NCBI RefSeq assembly: GCF_006345805.1
Contig: NC_043012.1
Location: forward strand, 39,370,001-39,434,000
Source: Octopus sinensis
Taxonomy: Eukaryota
Reading direction: 5' to 3'
DNA length: 64,000 nucleotides
Under the pieces are notes generated by a model, which worked only from the letters and a program-made list of their open reading frames with translations, did no database searches and was not told the DNA's origin. The position numbers and the translations under genes are program-made. Position 1 is the stretch's first letter, and every line of letters starts with the position of its first letter. This document shows, piece after piece, positions 1 through 13,479 of this stretch.

Positions 1-601
1 ACTTCTCACACATCTGTCTTACTACAAATATTTGATCTGTACACCCACTTCCACTACTAAAACCACGTTGCTCCTCCCCTATTACGCTCTCTGTCTGATT
101 CCTCACCCTAACGTCCTGGCTATGACTATGAACTACATCCGGTAGTGGGACCCTTCTTAGCCAGTATTGTTCCCAGTTCTATACTGTTCGATGTAAAGGT
201 CCCCGCAATGGGTTAACTAGCAAACCCCCTGCCATTGGTGTGTGTGTGGGGGGGGGGGGAGTAGAATGCAGTCGCCGTATTCCCTGTGTGGCGTAAGAGA
301 CGACTAAATGGGGCAGGAGCGAGGGGACTGGGAATCCTCTCCTAGTAAATCCATATTCCTAAAAAAGACGATAAGATACGTAGCAATACGCTGTGTGAAG
401 CATTAAGTCTCATTTGTAGTGTTGTTCAACATGAAAATGCTCCATATGCCTGGGAATTGTCCTATAGTCATAATTTGTAACCACAAATGCATACACACAC
501 ACATCCTATGGGGGCACAAGGCGTTTTTGCTGCATTTTTGACTTTGAGAATATATTTTTTTTCAAATGTTCGCTATTTTACAAATACGGTTAATGCCTAG
601 T

Positions 602-1297
602 TTAACTCCCCGTCACCAAGACAAAAAAATCCAGTCTAGCAGGTGTAAAAAAATGTGTAGAAAACGAATATCAAAAAGAAAAAAAACATTGCGCAAACGA
701 ACGGGGGTGGGGAGGAGGAGAGCTTTCGGAAAATTCACACGATCAGATTTTTTCCCTCATAACTTTCAGGAAAATGGGCATCTTTTTGATGAAAATTTAT
801 ACAAGTACTTTTCAAGTTGCATAGATTACAATTATAAAGAAATATGTGGAGAAAAATTATTTTCCCCGAGGGTAGAGAGAGGAGTTCCGGCAAAACGGAA
901 TTTCGGATGAAGAAGGCAACTTAAGTTGGAATTTCTCCATTTTGACGGGGATTTTCCCATGTTTTTCATCACAACTATCGAAATGAAAGGGAGCATCATT
1001 TTATGAAAAAGCTGTTAGGAAAATATGATTTTTTAAACTCTCCTCCCCGCTTAATGATGATACAAATGGACCACACGCTGCGCCATTGGTGGCATATAAG
1101 CATCAACAAAAAAGAAAATGGTAATTTAAATTTTTAGTCGCACCTTAATTAAGCGAAGCTGTAAGTGTGAGTGTAAGAAAAAAAAAACATTTTGTAACAG
1201 AAAAATGATATTCAAAATTAATTATATTTTATATACCTATTTTTTAAAATCAGCTATTGGACCGTTTATTTTTTTTATTGTGGTAACCGGGAGGTAA
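602..1297. mobile_element. Non-autonomous piggyBac-like MITE with degenerate TIRs
   Basis: Left end TTAActccccgtcacca matches the reverse complement of the right end (ttacctcccggttacca) at 14/17, and both continue into an aaaaaaat run. The left end begins with TTAA; the right TTAA is degenerate. No coding capacity, so ORF 566-910 is spurious. Confidence 0.45.
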
Positions 1298-3979
1298 AAT
1301 ATATATTAACCACAAGCACTATAGCAGCGAAGCGAATGCCCTTCCATAGACACATTAAAAACAATACGACATAAAGTGATCCCTATTTCAGAAAATTATC
1401 CCCGTTCTGTTATATAACAGACAAATTTAGCCGGGGGCCAAAATGAGTAAGTCAAGATTAAATAAATTTACACGCTTCAGTTCTTCAGAAAACAGGCTCA
1501 TACACGTAAATATCAATCCCGAGACATTAGAAAGATCAGAAATGCAAAAAAAAAAAAATTAAATAATTGAAACAAGAGAATGGCACGTATAAAATCAACG
1601 AAACTCGACTGTATCAAAACGCTTCGCATAAAATATTCTCTACACATTCTTCACGATCCGCTGGAGTGTCTTTCTTCTTGGAATATTTAGGCACCATTCA
1701 GTTAAAGAGAACAAATTACTAAAATTAATTACTCATTTTACCCCCCATGTTAGACATTTTTAAAACTTGAAAATTATCAAATCAGACATTAGTGTGAGAA
1801 AAAACTTGACTTAGAATCCTACAGAGAAAAGAATATTGATTGTTAAACAACAAAAATTTTATTAGCAACCTCAATTACAATCGGATCAAAGTTGAGGAAA
1901 TATTTTTCTTCAACAACAAAAGCTGTGCTGACCGATTTTTTACCTTTAAAGATGATGCCACAGTGCAAACACAATGATGCAACTCTTGTTCTGTAATGAT
2001 TTCAAATAGGGGGAAATAACTGGAAAACAGAAATTAATTTTGATGCTACCCCTATGTTATAGTTTATAACCACAAAAGGCATACACACGCATGTCTATAC
2101 ATGGTGCGAGAAGAAAAAAACATGGGAATGGACGACTTTAACTCCTTCAATTCATTTGTTACGTATATTTCTGTTTTCAGTAATTAATGATGTCTCACTT
2201 TTCGGACGGCATAGAACTCATGGAACAACGCATCGGTAGGACTGTAATTTAATTACTGATACTAAGACCCGCAACAGTAAATCGATCGCGCACTGACACT
2301 GAGAGCATCCATTTTCCTCCCTCTCTGGGCTATTTTTGTTGGTCGTAACTATTCATACCAGCATGTAATTCCTGACGAAGAATCTAATTTTTATTTCAAG
2401 AAGAGTTTTTCGTTTTTTGTCCTTATAATTAATTAGTCTCCGAGAAAATTTGTAGAGTGTATATTGGTTCTGTTCCAACGTTTATTATAAACTAAAGATC
2501 GTCGTCACCTACAATTTTTCCTTTTCGTTATACTTCACATGTTATATATATATATATATATATATATCGAAACTGTGGGTCTCGAAGCATATAATACAAT
2601 AAATAAAAGCACGTAAGTATTTGTTTCAAATTCTTGTACAAGGCCAGCAATTTGTATGTTTACTTATTTTATCAACCCTGAAAGGGATGAAAAGATAAGT
2701 CGACCTCGACGAAATATGAACTCGCCACCTTATAACATGTAAACATTGGGCTGAAAACTGTTGTTCGGTAGTGATGTGTTTAAAGTTTGCCACTTTAAAT
2801 ATGATATATTCGTAAAGTCAGTACACGGTTTCAAATGCTGTTGGAGATTGGAATTCATTTTCCTTTTACTTCTTTTTCATATTTGAATTCGTGAGTTTAT
2901 TTCTAAAATGTTCTGTTCATAATGTTTATAAATCCAACTGTTAATTTTTACAATGTCTGAATATATTTCAAATTTTATTAAATTTTAATAGTTCGATTCA
3001 TAGAGCATGTTATTGAATGTTTTAGAATTATAAGCAAGAAAAAAGCAAATGCGATTAAGTATGTCATCCGTGGTATTTGAAACCGCGTACTATCTTTTCG
3101 AAGTTGTAATGTTTCAAATGAAAAGCGTTAATAAGACAGTTTTCCAAGAGGTATTCTACCAATTATAATTGTGTGAAATATAATTGTAGACCAGCGCTAT
3201 TACAGAGACGTGTACGGTACTTGAAACATGATTCGATATTGACATACAGAAATTATATGCTGCAAGCTGGCAGTATCTTTACCACAGTGGGTAAAATGCT
3301 TAGCGGCATTTCTTGCGTTTTTTGTCCTTTCGGTTTGAGCATTCGAGCCGATGTAATCGAATTACCCACTTCCCTGAAATTACTGACCTGGAGACAAAAT
3401 TTGAAACCAGTATATAGAAATTATGAAACAATGAATTTTTTCTTCCTCTATTTGAAACCGCGCCCTCGGGTTTTGAAGTTATGATTTTTAAGAAGGGAAT
3501 ATTATTATTATTTCAATCTGAGAACTGAGAACAAGATATATAGTCCAAGTATCTCCAGATACAGTTGCTTGATATATCGTTCCACAGAATCTTTCCACAG
3601 AAAACCTCTCTTGGATAATGTTAATGAAATCTCGGAACGGTATGTTAGATTTTAATCTCCTTTTTGCAGAATCTCCAGGAAGCTCTAAGAAGATATATGC
3701 TGTACCAAGTTCCATACTTGTACAAAGAAACATACTTAGAGCTTACAGTTGACCCTCATTGAAAATACGGTACGGTCCCTGACTGACTAGAACCTTAAAC
3801 TGTGTGATGCAGCCTCCTTGACACTCCCTCTACACGCACGCACACACCTACATGAGTATATACGTGTATATGTACATTTAAGTACGCAGCAACAAATACG
3901 AAATGTAAAACGGTATGCATGACTATGAGATTGCACCTAGAAAGTTATCCCTCTGAGGTACGACGTTTGTTAATCGAAG

Positions 3980-4212
3980 GCAGCAGTAACCCATGCATGC
4001 CATCGTCTCCACGCCACCGATGGCTGCTAAGGGAAAGGCAACGGTCGATACAGCTTGCAACTAGTAACCACGCAAATCATTTCTACAGCTGAGTGAACTG
4101 GAGCAACGTAAAATAAAGTGTCTTGCTCCAGAACACGATAGTCCATTCTGGGAATCGAACTTACTACGTAATGATTATGAGCCCGACGCTCTAACCAGAG
4201 CCATGCACCTTC
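3980..4212 (-). mobile_element. tRNA-derived SINE with CORE-like central domain (type F)
   Basis: The minus strand reads tggctctggttagagc (A box), agttcgattccc (B box), then gagcaagacactttattttacgttgctccagttcactcagctg. Homologous to 47232-47535 and to the 5' half of 12402-12660. Confidence 0.75.
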
Positions 4213-5236
4213 ACACACACACACACACATGTCACGCAGTGAGGTTGAACCTGGAACCATGTTGTTGGTAAACAAGTTTCTTGCTACGCCTGTGCCTCTA
4301 TGTAAATTTGTTTATTATTTATTTAATTGTTGTTATTCTGCTTTCAATAATAGCGACATTGTATAAACCTCCTGTCACTTTACATATTAAATGCATATCA
4401 ACTCTACACAATTCTATTTCTCTCGGCTATATTGTTACAGTAATTCTCGCAAAGCATCACAATTATATCATCAACAATAGCAGCTGTGTTATTGTTATCA
4501 AAAGAAAAATAAAACGATAGAACCCCGACCTACAAACGTTATCTTGCTAAACTCTACGATAGTGAAAAACCTACTAGACAAGGCGAGACTTGCAACGACC
4601 ATTAACCCCTTGCAGGCATCGAATTTCCTTCCTTAAACACTACATGCTACAGGAAGTTATTACAAATAAGTGCAAGAATTCGGTTATTGGATTTCATAAA
4701 CAATGTAATATTCTGTTGCAGCGTGGTGATAATAAGAACAACAGCAAAAATAAGAATAACTTATATTCACAGTTCATTTTTATTTGAAATATCCACAATG
4801 CTCTTACGAAACACTCTTTCAAACTGCTTTTATTCTTCTCAGATTTCCTCTAGTTGCATTCTCTTTATATCATCACCATCATGAGAGAAACATCACAATC
4901 ATCATCACAACATTCATAATCATTACGAACATCAAATTAACATGATTGTCATCACTAACATCTCCAGTTTCATCGCCTTGGGTTTTTAAAAAAGAAATCA
5001 CAATATTTATCTACTTTATAAATGAACTTCACATGTGGCTTTGAGACTTATTAATTATATATATATATATAATCAAAATAAGCAACAGGATATCGAATAA
5101 TAATGCAGTGCGACCGTTTCAAGCGGCTTCATTTAATTGAATAATGCACTTATGACATCAGTTTAAATGAAGCGCCAAGTTCAGCTGCACAAATAAATAA
5201 ATGGAATTTTAAAAAGTAGGACACGTTTATATATAC

Positions 5237-5712
5237 ACTTTTACTCTTTTACTTGTTTCAGTTATTTGACAGTGGCCATGCTAGTGCACCGCCTTTTGTC
5301 GAGCAAATCGACCCCAGGTCTTATTCTTTGTAAGCCTAGTACTTATTCTATCGGCCCTTAATGCTGAACCGCTATGGTTACGGGGACGTAAACACGCCAG
5401 CATCGGTTGTTAAGCGATGTTGGGAGACAAACACACACATGCATATATATATATGTGTGTGTATGTGTGTATGTATGTATGTATGTATGTGGGTGTGGGT
5501 GTATATATATATATATATATAATATATATATATATGTGTGTGTGTGTATATTTAAGATGAGCTTCTTTCTGTTTCCGTCGATAATCTCCACTCACAAGGC
5601 TTTGGTCGGCCCGAAGCTATAGAAGATTTTTGCCCAAGGTGCCATGCAGAGGGACTGAACTCAGAACCGTGGTCTTGGGAAGCAAGCTTCTTACCACTTC
5701 CATTCCTACACC
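5237..5712 (-). mobile_element. tRNA-derived SINE family A with internal (TA)n/(TG)n microsatellite
   Basis: Matches the other family A copies: (tactctt)n tail, ggccatgctggagcaccgcc body, internal microsatellite, and a gggactgaac B-box region in the head. Confidence 0.9.
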
Positions 5713-6792
5713 TATGCCTACGTTTTTCTCTTTTTTTTAGTAATTAATGCATTTTTCATTTATTGAGTAACTGGACGCTGCGCATCCTGACTTTTGTTAA
5801 CATTATTTTTATATATAACGAAAGGCAACTGAGCCTCCGGTGAAATCATAACCCACCGTCTCTTAATATTAATTAGAAGATAAAACAATTTCCATTTTCC
5901 CTTTGTTCTTGCATTTGAATACCATTGCAGTTTAAACCCAGATCAGTTTTAATTTGGTTGATTTATGACAAAAGGCCATCAAGCCCTTCCTTATCTACGA
6001 GAAAAGATACTCAGCCGTTATCTGTGAGAAGAGGCGTATTATATTTAGATGCAACACCTGCTATCGCATTATTTGACATGGCTTCCAACTTCGGTGAAAT
6101 GGTAAGGTGTAATTTCAGGAAGATATGCCTGGTTTTTGGGGCAAGGTCGATCGACTACATTGAAGCTGGCTCCCTCGAAGACCGTAACTAACCATATATC
6201 AGAACTGGATTATAGTGTAGAGAATCACAGGTGGATCTTCGTGTATGAGAAGTCATCACAATTGATGCTTTAGTGAACTTCTTTCCTTTGCACCTCCATC
6301 ATGTTTCCATTGTTTCTTCCATGAATGAAGAGAAGAAAAGCAAATCAGTAAAACAGAAATGATAGAAAATGGTTTGCATTTGAAATGGCCGACTCATACA
6401 CGCTTATATGCACATACGCACACTAACAAGTAGTACGTGCGCACTCGTGCACATAATGTTACATGTCCATACACATGGTCTCACACAAGAACATAAACGC
6501 GTGGTTCACGTACCAGGGACACACGGACATAGAACGCACACATGCAAACACGCCCAATCACAAACACACACACACAGCGTATGCATTACTTACATGCAGA
6601 CATAGAAGGATGAACAAGCATAGGCGGACATACACATACACACAGTGTTAAAATGGCCGATGGCTGAGCTCCATCGTGTCATAAATCATCCTCTGACATC
6701 TTATATGGAGAGAAGCAATGACGTCATCAGCTCCTCATTCTACTAAAAGCAAATTGATAACAACAACACTAACAGTGATAATACTGGAAAAC

Positions 6793-7062
6793 GTGGTGGT
6801 GGTGGTGGTGGTGGTGGTTGTGGTGATGTTATGGTGATGATCACGATGGTGGTGATGATGATGAAGGCAATGCTGATGGTGGTGGTGGCGACAAAGACAA
6901 TCGTTGTGGAGGTGATGCGGGCGACGAGGATGATTGTATCGATGGTAGTCAAGGCCGTCGTCGTCGTTGCGACAATAATGATGATAATGTAGATACAAAT
7001 GATAATGGAAATGTTAATGATGGTGAAAATGGTGAGGACGACGATGGTGATGGACATGATGG
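6793..7062. repeat. Decayed (GGT)n/(GAT)n trinucleotide repeat
   Basis: Pure ggt run followed by degenerate gat/ggt units. Explains the His/Thr/Ile-rich ORFs 6735-7066. Confidence 0.9.
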
Positions 7063-8409
7063 TCATTTTATGATTGTGAAAATTATTATTGCCGAAATAA
7101 TGGATACATTCCTTCGCCTCTGCACTGTCACTAATACCCGAATACCAACAAATCTTTTAGTATCATCATTACCATAACTTTTATTGACGACAAAACAACA
7201 GCGATTCAGCGACTGAACATCTGCTAGAAATAGAAGCTATAAATCAGGTAACGTGTCAGTCTTCAAAAGAAACAAAAAAAAAAAACGTCGGATAATGTAA
7301 TTTCTCATAAAACGCTGGAAGTCCTTTCATCTTGGGTCTGTTTGATTAGTCATGAGGCTGGGTCAACATTGCTATACGACTTTAATCATCCATCGGTAAG
7401 TGCAGTAGTAACCGAGGGTTAAACAACACTACTAGCCGTCATATGCTTGTCGATACAAACAAACCTACCGATGTGATTATCACCACTGCTACAATAACAG
7501 ATGGAATTGTCACAGATGGAACGGCTTTGATCATCCGTCTGCCGGATCAGCGACGACCATTACCAACCACCATTACAGAGATCATGTTCCGGAGCATAAG
7601 GATTGTTAAAAGTAGTTGGAAATCTATTTCAAATGAGAGCTTGCTATTTTAAAATAGGGCACATTCGACACTGTCTGACGAGGGGGGATAGTCATGGGTG
7701 GAATGCTAATCAGAGATTTGCTTGATTAAATCCGAAAAATCAACATTTACCACATAAGCAACACCAGTATACATTTCAGTGTCTGTAAATAAATATCACT
7801 GAGATCTGAAAATTAGGGCTGAATAGGGTCAAGATTAAAGATATCTGATACTTAGGGGTTGGGGAGTTTGTGTGTGTAATTCAAAGAAATTGGTAATATT
7901 TCTCTGTACAGTCAGCTTTCTTTAATGGCATACAATTCAGTTTTTAACGACCCACAGTTCCATGTTTAATAAAGTACCACAGAGAAATTTAATTGTTGTT
8001 TAGAAATTACCTTGACTTGATCCTTTGTATTTTGTCTCAAGCATATCTCTCTGAAAGAATGCAGCAGTCAATAAGTTCTTTGGCAGAAATATCCTTCTTA
8101 CAACATTCGCTGTTACTGCACGCTGTTTGTCCGGAAAAAAATAGCCCCGATGTTCATGAATAATCCTTTAATGACATCGCACGACATTGCTTTGTATAAC
8201 ATAAAAAGACCATCTACGTTTTTTAGAATCGATTTTCGGTTTCGTGGTTTCCCCAAACGTATTCATAGACACTTTTGTAACATTTTCTCCAAAATTTCTT
8301 TTCTTTCGCTCAATTCTCTTTTAAATCGTTGACCTCTTAATACCCCAATCTGAAGGCAACAAAATGCCTTTAACTTTGGCATCAGTGACACGGTGGTTAT
8401 TGACATCGC

Positions 8410-8556
8410 GTGTGGTAAGTAGCTTGCTTACCAACCACATAGTTCCAGGTTCAGTCCCACTGCTGGGCACCTTGGACAAGTGTCTTCTACTGTAGTCTCG
8501 GGCCGACCAAAGTCTTGTGAGTGTATTTGGTAGGCGGAAACTAAAAGAAGCCCGTC

Positions 8557-8598
<42 letters not shown>

Positions 8599-8815
8599 GT
8601 GCGAGTATATGTTTGTGTGTCTGTGTTTGTCCCCCCAACATCACGTGACAACCGATGCTGGTGTATTCACGTCCCCGTAACTTAGCGGTTCGGCAAAGGC
8701 ACCGATAGAATAAATACTAGGCTTACAAAGAATAAGTCCTGGGGTCGATTTGCTCGACTAAAGACGGTCCTCCAGCATGGCCACAGTTAAATGACTGAAA
8801 CAAGTAAAAGAGAAT
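8410..8815 (+). mobile_element. SINE family A
   Basis: Head gtgtggtaagtagcttgcttaccaaccacatagttccaggttcagtccc, internal (TA)n, tail gaaacaagtaaaagag. Confidence 0.9.
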
Positions 8816-9647
8816 ACATCTTAAACATCGCATGAACAATAATCTCAGCAGGTTATGCAACTAGAATTTGTGCTTTGTGGGAACTGGCTTCATCGTCCAT
8901 GGTATATTAGGTTATTTTATCATTTGTGTTTGAAAAGCCTGTTTTCTTTTTCTTTACTTAAAATGCATACATTAGTTTCTTGTGTGGTCATTGTTTTCAT
9001 TCATAATCTCTAGAACCAAAAACGGTAAATGATTTGAACCTTTTAGCTATCATGTTAATATTACACATCGGATCGGCCGATTGGCAGAATTGTGAGCACG
9101 TCAGGCGAAACACTTGGTGGAATTTCATCCGTCTTTACGTTCTTAGTTCAAATTCCGCCGAGGTCGACTTTGCCTTACCTATTTTCGGTGTCGATAAAGT
9201 ACCAGTTGAACACTGGAGACATACCCTCTCTTCGAAACTGACGGCCTTGAGCGAAAACTTGTAACCCATATTACACATGAACGGCAGTTACCTTCAAGTA
9301 GGGTGATTGAAAGAGTTAACCCCAGGTAAGCTGAATGGGAGCGTTAAGCCCATGCACGGCTGACTGCAGTGTTAAGGACGGGTGGAGGAATAAGTGTGTT
9401 TCCCCACCCCAAGAATGCAAATGATCGTAGCTAAATTGTCAAGTATATTTCTGATGTTCTACCAAATCTCATCTAAAAGGTAGACTCTAGAAGTGGTAGA
9501 CATATGAACATCGAAGAAGTATTGAAGCTGTAAAATCGGTAAAGACACCTTGCTATAGGTAGGTGTGCGTGTGTGTGTAAATTTGCAGAGCTATATGTTT
9601 GCCTTAGTGGTTAGTAAATTAGAACGAATTAAAGCGTCTCCAACTTT

Positions 9648-9681
9648 GGTAGATGGAAACTAAAAGAAGCCTGTCAGTATA

Positions 9682-9746
<65 letters not shown>

Positions 9747-9959
9747 GTGTGTGTGTGTTTGTGTCTCTTTCCCCGACCACCGCTTGACAACTGGCATTGG
9801 TGTGTTTATATCCCCGTAACTTTGCGATTCGGCAAAAAAGACCGAAAGAATAAGTTCTAGGCTTATCAAGAAAGAAGTACTGTAGTCAGTTCATTCAACT
9901 AAAATAAATTCTTCAAGGCGGTGCTCCAGCATGGCCGAAATCTAATGATAGAAACATGT

Positions 9960-9960
<1 letters not shown>
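9648..9960 (+). mobile_element. SINE family A, 5'-truncated
   Basis: Begins at ggtagatggaaactaaaagaagcc, then the internal microsatellite and the ggcggtgctccagcatggcc body. Confidence 0.8.
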
Positions 9961-10014
<54 letters not shown>

Positions 10015-11450
10015 TATGAAATTAAGCAACTTTTTAGGAGGTGGGGTGGAGACAGATAAAATGGATATCGAAGAATTCAATTCCATAGACATTTAGAGTA
10101 TCTGTCTGTTTCAAATTGCACTATCTCACCACAGATACCAACCCATATACAACCGCCGCCAACACAAACACCATCACCCATACCAGATCTCTTTACATCA
10201 CTACAGACTGTTAAATTGATACACAGCAATAAAATATGAATTTTAGCACATTAATATACTTCTTTTTACCATCTTGTCGGTTGTCATATCGTATTTTTTA
10301 TTACTATTGTAGTTTTTTATTCTAAGCTATAATCATGCCCAAGATAGCGTATGTCTGTATTCATATATATATATATTCATTTATACATATATTTATATGT
10401 ACTCACAAGCACACATGTTAGAGAAATACACATGTATGTGTGTGTTTGTGTGTGTGTGGAACTGGGATTTTATCATTAGTCAGACGTGCAATTACGCAAC
10501 ACTGGAAAAACCGATAACCATACTTATTAGATTTAATGAAAGCAAAGCCTGAATAGTAAAATTGTTATTTAGAAGACTTCATTGTGTAAGCAACGTTCCG
10601 CCATATCAGTCTTGGCTTTACTTATGTATATGTATATGCAGTCTTATGTTTGTACATGATATACAGATTGGATAGATACAATAGCGTAGTTCCTAACTAA
10701 TAGCCTTCATATAGTAAAAGTGTTAATAACACATACTTAGTTGTAAAAGACACGAAACGATTACTTGAGATCTGATTGTGTGATTAGAAGAAAATTGCGG
10801 AGTTCGATATACAAGTTGGAGATACTCAGTATTAAAATATACTTGCTGAGAAATAAATTTTATTGTAGCATACAGCAACTAATGTTTCTTGTACTGATGT
10901 TCTATTACTCAATTCTCAATTTAGTTTACTAGCATTAACAGCCGCTTCCACGCGCGCCCATATGCATTTATATGCTGTGCATATATATGTATACATACAT
11001 GCGCATATGTGTATATATATATGTATAGATTTATACATACATGCAAACATATGTACACATACATATGTATGTATGTATGTATGAATGTACGTATAATCAT
11101 TGCCAAAATGTTATTATCTCTGAAGATCCTAAAATTACACTAATATTAAATTAGTTTTCCGATCTCCGTATTACATGGTTTATAAATTTCCTGCTAGTTA
11201 CAAATTGTATTCTGTTCGTATGATGTATTATAAATGCCGTTGAGATTTCAAACATTCAATATTTACTTATGTATTTAGATTCACATCTAGAGTTTCCGAG
11301 TTCAAATCTCAAAACTTTTGGATTCACATCTGGCATAAATACTATAATATATATATAGTCCTGGAGTATCTAGTATTGAACGATTATTTGCGTATTCAAA
11401 GTTATATCTAGACATTCTGCCTTGAAAATCAACAAACCTGCCCCGCTACA

Positions 11451-11763
11451 ATGGAGGTACATGTCCTAGCGGTTAGAGCAGCGGACTCGCCGTCGAGGGA
11501 TCGCGAGTTCAAATCTCAGACCGGCGATGTGCGTGTTTATGAGCGAAACACCTAAGCTCCACGTGGCACCGGCAAAAGGTAATGGCGAACTTCTGCTGAT
11601 TCTTTCGCCACAACTTTCGCTCTCTCACTCTCTCTCCTCCTGCATGTAGCAGCTTGCCTGGGACGGACCGGCGTCCCGTCCAGGTGGGGAACCTATACGC
11701 CAGGGAAACAAAAAAAACAGCCCTTATGCGCCAGGCATGGATCGAGAAGGAACAAACAACAAC
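11451..11763 (+). mobile_element. tRNA-derived SINE type C (shared head/body, hairpin-containing tail)
   Basis: A box tcctagcggttag, B box gagttcaaatctc, body gagcgaaacacctaagctccac...ctttcgccacaactttc. Tail carries the hairpin cctgggacggac-cggc-gtcccgtccagg (11657-11684) and ends in (aac)n. Confidence 0.85.
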
Positions 11764-11842
11764 ACTGCTACACTATAATGAATATTTATACGTTCTGCAT
11801 ATCTTGTAGAGTCTAACACTTAAATCTGACTCCATTAATGTA

Positions 11843-11876
<34 letters not shown>

Positions 11877-12243
11877 GACACTCCGTCTGTTACGACGCGA
11901 CGACGAGGGTTCCAGTTGATCCGGTCAACAGAACAGTCTGCTCGTGAAATTATCGTGCAAGTGGCTGAGCACTCCACAGACACGTGTACCCTTAACGTAG
12001 TTCTCGAGGTGATTCAGCGTGACACAGTGTGTGACAAGGCTGGCCCTTTCAAATACAGGCACAACAGAAACAGGAAGAAAGAGAGAAAGTTGTGGTGAAA
12101 GGGTACAGCAAGGTTCGTCACAACCCCCTGCCGGAGCCTGGTGGAGCTTTAGGTGTTTTCGCTCGATAAACACTCACAACACCCGGTCTGGGAATCGAAA
12201 CCGTGATCCTACGACCGTGAGTTCGCTGCCCTAACCATTGCGA
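11877..12243 (-). mobile_element. tRNA-derived SINE type D (head/body as type C, different tail)
   Basis: Minus strand has ggttagggcagcg and ggtttcgattccc boxes and the same gagcgaaaacacctaaagctccac body. The tail contains ctacgttaagggtacacgtgtct. Confidence 0.85.
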
Positions 12244-12266
12244 CTCATGCATACTTACATACATAC

Positions 12267-12401
<135 letters not shown>

Positions 12402-12660
12402 GGCAAGGTCATGAGTTCAATACCCGGCGATGCGTTGTGTCCTTGAGCACGATACTTCATTTCATGTTGCTCCAGTTCACTCAGCTGGCAAAAATGATTT
12501 GTACCTGTAATACAAAAAGCCAGCCTTGTCACATTCTGTGTCTCGCTGAATCCTCCTGAGATCTACGTTAAGGGTACACGTGTCTATGGAGTTCTCAGCC
12601 ACGTTAACTTCACGAACAAGCCGTTCCCTTGATCGGAGGAACTGGAGCCCTCGTCGATGG
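12402..12660 (+). mobile_element. SINE with CORE-like body and type D tail, 5'-truncated
   Basis: B box gagttcaatacc, ccttgagcacgatacttcatttcatgttgctccagttcactcagctg body, and a tail sharing a 23-nt identical block with 11877-12243. Confidence 0.8.
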
Positions 12661-13479
12661 AATAGCAATGCTATAGACACAAGGCCTGGAATTACGAGAG
12701 TGGGGACTAATCGATTTCATCGACCCGAGTTTTTGGCTGGTACTTTATTGTGGATGAACGGCAGAGTTCATCTTGTAAACCCGTAATAAATGCCAGCAAT
12801 CCTTTTGACCGGTGTGCTAACGATTCTGCTAGCTCGACGTCATTGGTCAGTTGAAATGATAACCAGGAACAATAAGGTGTACATTAAACTGACAATACAG
12901 TGTATTCTTGTCGTTTGTTGTTGCAGGAGATGAAAACAAAACATAGAGCCTGCCCCATTTAGTTAATAACCGATTTGTTAACAAAGCAATTTGTAGATAC
13001 AGCATCGAACATGTTCAATATTAAATTGTCAATGCTTAGAATCCTCATAAGAAACTTAATTACAATTTTCAGTAACATATTTTTAATAATCCTACTTATC
13101 CCTAAATTTTGAGCGAAACTTTCCGAGTCCCAAATCCTTCCAGTATAAAAACTGTTGTAGTTAAAAAAAAGAAACCCCTAATAAGGCAGTTGTTGCCTTC
13201 TCTGTCATTTGTGCGTGAATATATTGTTAAACGTCTTTTAGTTGTGGATAATTAACTCTTAAAGAGAATCTAAAATTAACTTTTTCAATCCGCCCTTCCA
13301 TTTCCAAAAAATATATAGTTTTATTTTGTGAGTTGTTTAATATTTGCAACTGTTCTGACGACAATAGTGACCTCCATGTTTTTATTTTGATATCAGAAGG
13401 AAACTTTTAAAAGTTATCTTTAGCAAGAACGACACAAATTTGGTGAGATGTGTAATGGAACCCAGCAATTGGTTCTTCT

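Noticed and set aside
3488-3733. 81-aa minus-strand ORF with protein-like composition
   Set aside because: No recognisable domain and no convincing donor site.
7443-7652. 69-aa Thr/Ile-rich ORF
   Set aside because: Its composition is explained by decayed acc/atc trinucleotide repeats.
11451-11530. tRNA-like sequences at SINE heads (also about 12170-12243, 25590-25660, 47238-47310)
   Set aside because: They have A/B boxes but no complete cloverleaf and run into SINE bodies, so they are not tRNA genes.
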